This document shows positions 50,301-62,300 of a DNA stretch of 64,000 nt, one piece after another. The position numbers were made by a program, and so were the translations under genes. Positions within the stretch are counted from its first letter, which is position 1. Every line of letters begins with the position of its first letter. Source of the DNA: Balanoglossus misakiensis. Its lineage: Eukaryota; Animalia; Hemichordata. The notes beneath the pieces are model-generated. The model had not been told where the DNA came from, searched no databases, and saw nothing but the letters and a program-made list of their open reading frames with translations. Location: assembly GCA_040954595.2 (NCBI GenBank), contig CM082598.2, positions 8,757,097 to 8,821,096 on the forward strand, in the 5' to 3' direction.

Positions 50301-53300
50301 TCTCAGCCATCATTTCTCCCCTCCCAATAATGGCGGCCTCAAATCTTAGCCCTTATTTCTCCCCTCCCAAGAATGGTGGCAACAAACTCTAAGCCCTTAT
50401 TTCTCCCCTCCCAATAATGGCGGCAACAAACTCTCAGCCCTTATTTCTCCCCTCCCAAGGACGGCGGCAATAAATTCTCTGCCATCATTTCTCCACTCCC
50501 AAGAACTGCGGCAATAAATTCTCTGCCATCATTTCTCCCCTCCCAAGAATGGCGGCAATAAATTCTCAGCTATCGTTTCTCCCCTCCAGAGAATGGCGGC
50601 AACAAACTCTCAGCCATCATTTCTCCCCTCCCAACAAACTCTCAGCCGTTATTTCCCCCCTCCCAAGGATGGCGGCAATAAATTCTCTGCCATCATTTCT
50701 CCCCTCCAAAGAATGGCGGCAACAAATTCTCAGCCATCATTTCTCCCCTCCCATAAAATGGCGGCAACAAATTCTCTGCTATCATTTCTCCCCTCCAAAC
50801 AAACTCTCAGCCGTTATTTCCCCCCTCCCAAGGATGGCGGCAATAAATTCTCTGCCATCATTTCTCCCCTCCAAAGAATGGCGGCAACAAATTCTCAGCC
50901 ATCATTTCTCCCCTCCCATAAAATGGCGGCAACAAATTCTCTGCTATCATTTCTCCCCTCCCAATAATGGCGGCCACAAATCTTAGCCCTTATTTCTCCC
51001 CTCCCAAGAATGGCGGCAACAAACTCTAAGCCCTTATTTCTCCCCTTCCAATAATGGCGGCAACAAACTCTAAGCCCTTATTTCTCCCCTCCCAATAATG
51101 GCGGCAACAAACTATCAGCCCTTATTTCTCCCCTCCCAAGAATGGCGGTAACACACTCTCAGCCCTTATTTCTCCCCTCCCAAGGATGGCGGCAATAAAT
51201 TCTCTGCCATCATTTCTCCCCTCCCAAGAACTGCGGCAATAAATTCTCGGCCATCATTTCTCCCCTCCCAAGAATGGCGGCAATAAATTCTCAGCTATCG
51301 TTTCTCCCCTCCAGAGAATGGCGGCAACAAACTCTCAGCCATCATTTCTCCCCTCCCAACAAACTCTCAGCCGTTATTTCCCCCCTCCCAAGGATGGCGG
51401 CAATAAATTCTCTGCCATCATTTCTCCCCTCCAAAGAATGGCGGCAACAAATTCTCAGCCATCATTTCTCCCCTCCCATAAAATGGCGGCAACAAATTCT
51501 CTGCTATCATTTCTCCCCTCCAAACAAACTCTCAGCCGTTATTCCCCCCCTCCCAAGGATGGCGGCAATAAATTCTCTGCCATCATTTCTCCCCTCCAAA
51601 GAATGGCGGCAACAAATTCTCAGCCATCATTTCTCCCCTCCCATAAAATGGCGGCAACAAATTCTCTGCTATCATTTCTCCCCTCCCAAGAATGGCGGCA
51701 ACAAACTCTAAGCCCTTATTTCTCCCCTTCCAATAATGGCGGCAACAAACTCTAAGCCCTTATTTCTCCCCTCCCAATAATGGCGGCAACAAATTCTCTG
51801 CCATCATTTCTCCTCTCCCAGGGAAGGCGACAATAAATTCTCTGCCATCGTTTCTCACCTCCCAATAATGGCGGCAACAAACTCTCAGCCCTTATTTCTC
51901 CCCTCTCAAAAATGGCGGCAACAAACTCTCTGCCGTTATTTCTCCCCTCCCAAGGATGGCGGCAATACATTCTCTGCCATCGCTTCTCCCCTCCCAAGAA
52001 TGGCGTCAACAAACTCTCAGCCTTTATTTCTCCCCTCCCAAGGATGACGACAATAAATTCTCTGCCATCGTTTCTCCCCTTCAGAGGATGGCAGCAACAA
52101 ACTCTCAGCCCTTATTTCTCCCCTCCCAAGGAAGGCGACAATAAATTCTCAGCCATCGTTTCTCCCCTCCAGAGAATGGCGGCAACAAACTCTCAGCCAT
52201 CATTTCTCCCTTCCCAACAAACACTCAGCCGTTATTTCCCCCTCCCAAGGATGGCGGCAATAAATTCTCTGCCATCATTTCTCCCCTCCCAAAGAATGGC
52301 GGCAACAAATTCTCAGCCATCATTTCTCCCCTCCCAATAATGGCGGCCTCAAATCTTAGCCCTTATTTCTCCCCTCCCAAGAATGGTGGCAACAAACTCT
52401 AAGCCCTTATTTCTCCCCTCCCAATAATGGCGGCAACAAACTCTCAGCCCTTATTTCTCCCCTCCCAAGGACGGCGGCAATAAATTCTCTGCCATCATTT
52501 CTCCACTCCCAAGAACTGCGGCAATAAATTCTCTGCCATCATTTCTCCCCTCCCAAGAATGGCGGCAATAAATTCTCAGCTATCGTTTCTCCCCTCCAGA
52601 GAATGGCGGCAACAAACTCTCAGCCATCATTTCTCCCCTCCCAACAAACTCTCAGCCGTTATTTCCCCCCTCCCAAGGATGGCGGCAAAAAATTCTCTGC
52701 CATCATTTCTCCCCTCCAAAGAATGGCGGCAACAAATTCTCAGCCATCATTTCTCCCCTCCCATAAAATGGCGGCAACAAATTCTCTGCTATCATTTCTC
52801 CCCTCCAAACAAACTCTCAGCCGTTATTTCCCCCCTCCCAAGGATGGCGGCAATAAATTCTCTGCCATCATTTCTCCCCTCCAAAGAATGGCGGCAACAA
52901 ATTCTCAGCCATCATTTCTCCCCTCCCATAAAATGGCGGCAACAAATTCTCTGCTATCATTTCTCCCCTCCCAATAATGGCGGCCACAAATCTTAGCCCT
53001 TATTTCTCCCCTCCCAAGAATGGCGGCAACAAACTCTAAGCCCTTATTTCTCCCCTTCCAATAATGGCGGCAACAAACTCTAAGCCCTTATTTCTCCCCT
53101 CCCAATAATGGCGGCAACAAACTATCAGCCCTTATTTCTCCCCTCCCAAGAATGGCGGTAACAAACTCTCAGCCCTTATTTCTCCCCTCCCAAGGATGGC
53201 GGCAATAAATTCTCTGCCATCATTTCTCCCCTCCCAAGAACTGCGGCAATAAATTCTCGGCCATCATTTCTCCCCTCCCAAGAATGGCGGCAATAAATTC

Positions 53301-56300
53301 TCAGCTATCGTTTCTCCCCTCCAGAGAATGGCGGCAACAAACTCTCAGCCATCATTTCTCCCCTCCCAACAAACTCTCAGCCGTTATTTCCCCCCTCCCA
53401 AGGATGGCGGCAATAAATTCTCTGCCATCATTTCTCCCCTCCAAAGAATGGCGGCAACAAATTCTCAGCCATCATTTCTCCCCTCCCATAAAATGGCGGC
53501 AACAAATTCTGTGCTATCATTTCTCCCCTCCCAATAATGGCGGCCACAAATCTTAGCCCTTATTTCTCCCCTCCCAAGAATGGCGGCAACAAACTCTCAG
53601 CCCTTATTTCTCCCCTCCCAAGGATGGCGGCAATAAATTCTCTGCCATCATTTCTCCCCTCACAAGAATGGCGGCAATAAATTCTCTGCCATCATTTCTC
53701 CCCTCCCAGGGATGGCGGCAATAAATTCTCTGCCATCATTTCTCCCCTCCAAAGAATGGCGGCAACAAATTCTCAGCCATCATTTCTCCCCTCCCATAAA
53801 ATGGCGGCAACAAATTCTCTGCTATCATTTCTCCCCTCCCAATAATGGCGGCCACAAATCTTAGCCCTTATTTCTCCCCTCCCAAGAATGGCGGCAACAA
53901 ACTCTAAGCCCTTATTTCTCCCCTTCCAATAATGGCGGCAACAAACTCTAAGCCCTTATTTCTCCCCTCCCAATAATGGCGGCAACAAATTCTCTGCCAT
54001 CATTTCTCCTCTCCCAGGGAAGGCGACAATAAATTCTCTGCCATCGTTTCTCACCTCCCAATAATGGCGGCAACAAACTCTCAGCCATCGTTTCTCCCCT
54101 CCAGAGAATGGCGGCAACAAACTCTCAGCCATCATTTCTCCCCTCCCAACAAACTCTCAGCCGTTATTTCCCCCCTCCCAAGGATGGCGGCAATAAATTC
54201 TCTGCCATCATTTCTCCCCTCCAAAGAATGGCGGCAACAAATTCTCAGCCATCATTTCTCCCCTCCCATAAAATGGCGGCAACAAATTCTCTGCTATCAT
54301 TTCTCCCCTCCCAATAATGGCGGCCACAAATCTTAGCCCTTATTTCTCCCCTCCCAAGAATGGCGGCAACAAACTCTAAGCCCTTATTTCTCCCCTCCCA
54401 ATAATGGCGGCAACAAACTCTAAGCCCTTATTTCTCCCCTCCCAATAATGGCGGCAACAAACTCTAAGCCCTTATTTCTCCCCTCCCAATAATGGCGGCA
54501 ACAAACTCTAAGCCCTTATTTCTCCCCTCCCAAGAATGGCGGTAACAAACTCCCAGCCCTTATTTCTCCCCTCCCAAGGATGGCGGCAATAAATTCTCTG
54601 CCATCATTTCTCCCCTCCCAAGAACTGCGGCAATAAATTCTCTGCCATCATTTCTCCCCTCCCAAGAATGGCGGCAATAAATTCTCAGCTATCGTTTCTC
54701 CCCTCCAGAGAATGGCTGCAACAAACTCTCAGCCATCATTTCTCCCCTCCCAACAAACTCTCAGCCGTTATTTCCCCCCTCCCAAGGATGGCGGCAATAA
54801 ATTCTCTGCCATCATTTCTCCCCTCCAAAGAATGGCGGCAACAAATTCTCAGCCATCATTTCTCCCCTCCCATAAAATGGCGGCAACAAATTCTCTGCTA
54901 TCATTTCTCCCCTCCAAACAAACTCTCAGCCGTTATTTCCCCCGTCCCAAGGATGGCGGCAATAAATTCTCTGCCATCATTTCTCCCCTCCAAAGAATGG
55001 CGGCAACAAATTCTCAGCCATCATTTCTCCCCTCCCATAAAATGGCGGCAACAAATTCTCTGCTATCATTTCTCCCCTCCCAATAATGGCGGCCACAAAT
55101 CTTAGCCCTTATTTCTCCCCTCCCAAAAATGGCGGCAACAAACTCTCAGCCGTTATTTCTCCCCTTCCAATAATGGCGGCAACAAACTCTAAGCCCTTAT
55201 TTCTCCCCTCCCAATAATGGCGGCAACAAACTATCAGCCCTTATTTCTCCCCTCCCAAGAATGGCGGTAACAAACTCTCAGCCCTTATTTCTCCCCTCCC
55301 ATGGATGGCGGCAATAAATTCTCTGCCATCATTTCTCCCCTCCCAAGAACTGCGGCAATAAATTCTCTGCCATCATTTCTCCCCTCCCAAGAATGGCGGC
55401 AATAAATTCTCAGCTATCGTTTCTCCCCTCCAGAGAATGGCGGCAACAAACTCTCAGCCATCATTTCTCCCCTCCAAGGGATGGCGGCAACAAATCTTAG
55501 CCCTTATTTCTCCCCTCCAGAGAATGGCGGCAACAAACTCTCAGCCATCATTTCTCCCCTCCCAACAAACTCTCAGCCGTTATTTCCCCCCTCCCAAGGA
55601 TGGCGGCAATAAATTCTCTGCCATCATTTCTCCCCTCCAAATAATGGCGGCAACAAATTCTCAGCCATCATTTCTCCCCTCCCATAAAATGGCGGCAACA
55701 AATTCTCTGCTATCATTTCTCCCCTCCCAATAATGGCGGCCACAAATCTTAGCCCTTATTTCTCCCCTCCCAAGAATGGCGGCAACAAACTCTAAGCCCT
55801 TATTTCTCCCCTCCCAAGAATGGCGGCAACAAACTCTCAGCCGTTATTTCTCCCCTTCCAATAATGGCGGCAACAAACTCTAAGCCCTTATTTCTCCCCT
55901 CCCAATAATGGCGGCAACAAACTCTCAGCCCTTATTTCTCCCCTCCCAAGAATGGCGGTAACAAACTCTCAGCCCTTATTTCTCCCCTCCCAAGGATGGC
56001 GGCAATACATTCTCTGCCATCATTTCTCCCCTCCCAAGAACTGCGGCAATAAATTCTCTGCCATCATTTCTCCCCTCCCAAGAATGGCGGCAATAAATTC
56101 TCAGCTATCGTTTCTCCCCTCCAGAGAATGGCGGCAACAAACTCTCAGCCATCATTTCTCCCCTCCCAGGGATGGCGGCAACAAATCTTAGCCCTTATTT
56201 CTCCCCTCCCAAGAATGGCGGCAACAAACTCTAAGCCCTTATTTCTCCCCTCCCAATAATGGCGACAACAAACTATCAGCCCTTATTTCTCCCCTCCCAA

Positions 56301-59300
56301 GAATGGCGGCAACAAACTCTCAGCCCCTATTTCTCCCCTCCCAAGGAAGGCGACAATAAATTCTCAGCCATCGTTTCTCCCCTCCAGAGAATGGCGGCAA
56401 CAAACTCTCAGCCATCATTTCTCCCCTCCCAACAAACTCTCAGCCGTTATTTCCCCCCTCCCAAGGATGGCGGCAATAAATTCTCTGCCATCATTTCTCC
56501 CCTCCAAAGAATGGCGGCAACAAATTCTCAGCCATCATTTCTCCCCTCCCATAAAATGGCGGCAACAAATTCTCTGCTATCATTTCTCCCCTCCCAATAA
56601 TGGCGGCCACAAATCTTAGCCCTTATTTCTCCCCTCCCAAGAATGGCGGCAACAAACTCTAAGCCCTTATTTCTCCCCTCCCAATAATGGCGGCAACAAA
56701 CTCTAAGCCCTTATTTCTCCCCTCCCAATAATGGCGGCAACAAACTCTAAGCCCTTATTTCTCCCCTCCCAATAATGGCGGCAACAAACTCTAAGCCCTT
56801 ATTTCTCCCCTCCCAAGAATGGCGGTAACAAACTCCCAGCCCTTATTTCTCCCCTCCCAAGGATGGCGGCAATAAATTCTCTGCCATCATTTCTCCCCTC
56901 CCAAGAACTGCGGCAATAAATTCTCTGCCATCATTTCTCCCCTCCCAAGAATGGCGGCAATAAATTCTCAGCTATCGTTTCTCCCCTCCAGAGAATGGCG
57001 GCAACAAACTCTCAGCCATCATTTCTCCCCTCCCAACAAACTCTCAGCCGTTATTTCCCCCCTCCCAAGGATGGCGGCAATAAATTCTCTGCCATCATTT
57101 CTCCCCTCCAAAGAATGGCGGCAACAAATTCTCAGCCATCATTTCTCCCCTCCCATAAAATGGCGGCAACAAATTCTCTGCTATCATTTCTCCCCTCCAA
57201 ACAAACTCTCAGCCGTTATTTCCCCCGTCCCAAGGATGGCGGCAATAAATTCTCTGCCATCATTTCTCCCCTCCAAAGAATGGCGGCAACAAATTCTCAG
57301 CCATCATTTCTCCCCTCCCATAAAATGGCGGCAACAAATTCTCTGCTATCATTTCTCCCCTCCCAATAATGGCGGCCACAAATCTTAGCCCTTATTTCTC
57401 CCCTCCCAAGAATGGCGGCAACAAACTCTAAGCCCTTATTTCTCCCCTCCCAATAATGGCGGCAACAAACTCTAAGCCCTTATTTCTCCCCTCCCAATAA
57501 TGGCGGCAACAAACTCTAAGCCCTTATTTCTCCCCTCCCAATAATGGCGGCAACAAACTCTAAGCCCTTATTTCTCCCCTCCCAAGAATGGCGGTAACAA
57601 ACTCCCAGCCCTTATTTCTCCCCTCCCAAGGATGGCGGCAATAAATTCTCTGCCATCATTTCTCCCCTCCCAAGAACTGCGGCAATAAATTCTCTGCCAT
57701 CATTTCTCCCCTCCCAAGAATGGCGGCAATAAATTCTCAGCTATCGTTTCTCCCCTCCAGAGAATGGCTGCAACAAACTCTCAGCCATCATTTCTCCCCT
57801 CCCAACAAACTCTCAGCCGTTATTTCCCCCCTCCCAAGGATGGCGGCAATAAATTCTCTGCCATCATTTCTCCCCTCCAAAGAATGGCGGCAACAAATTC
57901 TCAGCCATCATTTCTCCCCTCCCATAAAATGGCGGCAACAAATTCTCTGCTATCATTTCTCCCCTCCAAACAAACTCTCAGCCGTTATTTCCCCCGTCCC
58001 AAGGATGGCGGCAATAAATTCTCTGCCATCATTTCTCCCCTCCAAAGAATGGCGGCAACAAATTCTCAGCCATCATTTCTCCCCTCCCATAAAATGGCGG
58101 CAACAAATTCTCTGCTATCATTTCTCCCCTCCCAATAATGGCGGCCACAAATCTTAGCCCTTATTTCTCCCCTCCCAAAAATGGCGGCAACAAACTCTCA
58201 GCCGTTATTTCTCCCCTTCCAATAATGGCGGCAACAAACTCTAAGCCCTTATTTCTCCCCTCCCAATAATGGCGGCAACAAACTATCAGCCCTTATTTCT
58301 CCCCTCCCAAGAATGGCGGTAACAAACTCTCAGCCCTTATTTCTCCCCTCCCAAGGATGGCGGCAATAAATTCTCTGCCATCATTTCTCCCCTCCCAAGA
58401 ACTGCGGCAATAAATTCTCTGCCATCATTTCTCCCCTCCCAAGAATGGCGGCAATAAATTCTCAGCTATCGTTTCTCCCCTCCAGAGAATGGCGGCAACA
58501 AACTCTCAGCCATCATTTCTCCCCTCCAAGGGATGGCGGCAACAAATCTTAGCCCTTATTTCTCCCCTCCAGAGAATGGCGGCAACAAACTCTCAGCCAT
58601 CATTTCTCCCCTCCCAACAAACTCTCAGCCGTTATTTCCCCCCTCCCAAGGATGGCGGCAATAAATTCTCTGCCATCATTTCTCCCCTCCAAATAATGGC
58701 GGAAACAAATTCTCAGCCATCATTTCTCCCCTCCCATAAAATGGCGGCAACAAATTCTCTGCTATCATTTCTCCCCTCCCAATAATGGCGGCCACAAATC
58801 TTAGCCCTTATTTCTCCCCTCCCAAGAATGGCGGCAACAAACTCTAAGCCCTTATTTTTCCCCTCCCAAGAATGGCGGCAACAAACTCTCAGCCGTTATT
58901 TCTCCCCTTCCAATAATGGCGGCAACAAACTCTAAGCCCTTATTTCTCCCCTCCCAATAATGGCGGCAACAAACTCTCAGCCCTTATTTCTCCCCTCCCA
59001 AGAATGGCGGTAACAAACTCTCAGCCCTTATTTCTCCCCTCCCAAGGATGGCGGCAATACATTCTCTGCCATCATTTCTCCCCTCCCAAGAACTGCGGCA
59101 ATAAATTCTCTGCCATCATTTCTCCCCTCCCAAGAATGGCGGCAATAAATTCTCAGCTATCGTTTCTCCCCTCCAGAGAATGGCGGCAACAAACTCTCAG
59201 CCATCATTTCTCCCCTCCCAGGGATGGCGGCAACAAATCTTAGCCCTTATTTCTCCCCTCCCAAGAATGGCGGCAACAAACTCTAAGCCCTTATTTCTCC

Positions 59301-62300
59301 CCTCCCAATAATGGCGACAACAAACTATCAGCCCTTATTTCTCCCCTCCCAAGAATGGCGGCAACAAACTCTCAGCCCCTATTTCTCCCCTCCCAAGGAA
59401 GGCGACAATAAATTCTCAGCCATCGTTTCTCCCCTCCAGAGAATGGCGGCAACAAACTCTCAGCCATCATTTCTCCCCTCCCAACAAACTCTCAGCCGTT
59501 ATTTCCCCCCTCCCAAGGATGGCGGCAATAAATTCTCTGCCATCATTTCTCCCCTCCAAAGAATGGCGGCAACAAATTCTCAGCCATCATTTCTCCCCTC
59601 CCATAAAATGGCGGCAACAAATTCTCTGCTATCATTTCTCCCCTCCCAATAATGGCGGCCACAAATCTTAGCCCTTATTTCTCCCCTCCCAAGAATGGCG
59701 GCAACAAACTCTAAGCCCTTATTTCTCCCCTCCCAATAATGGCGGCAACAAACTCTAAGCCCTTATTTCTCCCCTCCCAATAATGGCGGCAACAAACTCT
59801 AAGCCCTTATTTCTCCCCTCCCAATAATGGCGGCAACAAACTCTAAGCCCTTATTTCTCCCCTCCCAAGAATGGCGGTAACAAACTCCCAGCCCTTATTT
59901 CTCCCCTCCCAAGGATGGCGGCAATAAATTCTCTGCCATCATTTCTCCCCTCCCAAGAACTGCGGCAATAAATTCTCTGCCATCATTTCTCCCCTCCCAA
60001 GAATGGCGGCAATAAATTCTCAGCTATCGTTTCTCCCCTCCAGAGAATGGCGGCAACAAACTCTCAGCCATCATTTCTCCCCTCCCAACAAACTCTCAGC
60101 CGTTATTTCCCCCCTCCCAAGGATGGCGGCAATAAATTCTCTGCCATCATTTCTCCCCTCCAAAGAATGGCGGCAACAAATTCTCAGCCATCATTTCTCC
60201 CCTCCCATAAAATGGCGGCAACAAATTCTCTGCTATCATTTCTCCCCTCCAAACAAACTCTCAGCCGTTATTTCCCCCGTCCCAAGGATGGCGGCAATAA
60301 ATTCTCTGCCATCATTTCTCCCCTCCAAAGAATGGCGGCAACAAATTCTCAGCCATCATTTCTCCCCTCCCATAAAATGGCGGCAACAAATTCTCTGCTA
60401 TCATTTCTCCCCTCCCAATAATGGCGGCCACAAATCTTAGCCCTTATTTCTCCCCTCCCAAGAATGGCGGCAACAAACTCTCAGCCGTTATTTCTCCCCT
60501 TCCAATAATGGCGGCAACAAACTCTAAGCCCTTATTTCTCCCCTCCCAATAATGGCGGCAACAAACTATCAGCCCTTATTTCTCACCTCCCAAGAATGGC
60601 GGTAACAAACTCTCAGCCCTTATTTCTCCCCTCCCAAGGATGGCGGCAATAAATTCTCTGCCATCATTTCTCCCCTCCCAAGAACTGCGGCAATAAATTC
60701 TCTGCCATCATTTCTCCCCTCCCAAGAATGGCGGCAATAAATTCTCAGCTATCGTTTCTCCCCTCCAGAGAATGGCGGCAACAAACTCTCAGCCATCATT
60801 TCTCCCCTCCCAGGGATGGCGGCAATAAATTCTCTGCCATCATTTCTCCCCTCCACAGAAGGGGGGCAACAAACTCTCAGCCCTTATTTCTCCCCTCCCA
60901 AGGATGGCGGCAATAAATTCTCAGCCATCATTTTTCCCCTCCCAAGGATGGCGGCAACAAATTCTCAGCCATCATTTCTCCCCTCTCTAAAATGGCGGCA
61001 ACAAATTCTCTGCTATCATTTCTCCCCTCCCAATAATGGCGGCAGCAAATTTTAGCCCTTATTTCTCCCCTCCCAAGAATGGCGGCAACAAACTCTAAGC
61101 CCTTATTTTTCCCCTCCCAATAATGGCGACAACAAACTATCAGCCCTTATTTCTCCCCTCCCAAGAATGGCGGCAACAAACTCTCAGCCCCTATTTCTCC
61201 CCTCCCAAGGAAGGCGACAATAAATTCTCAGCCATCGTTTCTCCCCTCCAGAGAATGGCGGCAACAAACTCTCAGCCATCATTTCTCCCCTCCCAACAAA
61301 CTCTCAGCCGTTATTTCCCCCCTCCCAAGGATGGCGGCAATAAATTCTCTGCCATCATTTCTCCCCTCCAAAGAATGGCGACAACAAATTCTCAGCCATC
61401 ATTTCTCCCCTCCCATAAAATGGCGGCAACAAATTCTCTGCTATCATTTCTCCCCTCCCAATAATGGCGGCCACAAATCTTAGCCCTTATTTCTCCCCTC
61501 CCAATAATGGCGACAACAAACTATCAGCCCTTATTTCTACCCTCCCAAGAATGGCGGCAACAAACTCTCAGCCCCTATTTCTCCCCTCCCAAGAATGGCG
61601 GAAACAAACTCTCAGCCATCGTTTCTCCCCTCCAGAGAATGGCGGCAACAAACTCTCTGCCCTTATTTCTCACCTCCCAATAATGGCGGCAACAAACTCT
61701 CAGCCCTTATTTCTCCCCTCTCAAAAATGGCGGCAACAAACTCTCAGCCGTTATTTCTCCCCTCCCAAGGATGGCGGCAATACATTCTCTGCCATCGCTT
61801 CTCCCCTCCCAAGAATGGCGTCAACAAACTCTCAGCCTTTATTTCTCCCCTCCCAAGGATGACGACAATAAATTCCCAGCCATCGTTTCTCCCCTCCAGA
61901 GGATGGCGGCAACAAACTCTCTGCCATCGTTTCTCCCTTCCCAACAAACACTCAGCCGTTATTTCCCCCTCCCAAGGATGGCGGCAACAAACTCTCAGCC
62001 TTTATTTCTCCCCTCCCAAGGATGACGACAATAAATTCTCTGCCATCGTTTCTCCCCTTCAGAGGATGGCGGCAACAAACTCTCAGCCCTTATTTCTCCC
62101 CTCCCAAGAATGGTGGCAACAAACTCTAAGCCCTTATTTCTCCCCTCCCAATAATGGCGGCAACAAACTCTAAGCCCTTATTTCTACCCTCCCAATAATG
62201 GCGGCAACAAACTATCTGCCCTTATTTCTCCCCTCCCAAGAATGGCGGTAACAAACTCTCAGCCCTTATTTCTCCCCTCCCAAGGACGGCGGCAATAAAT

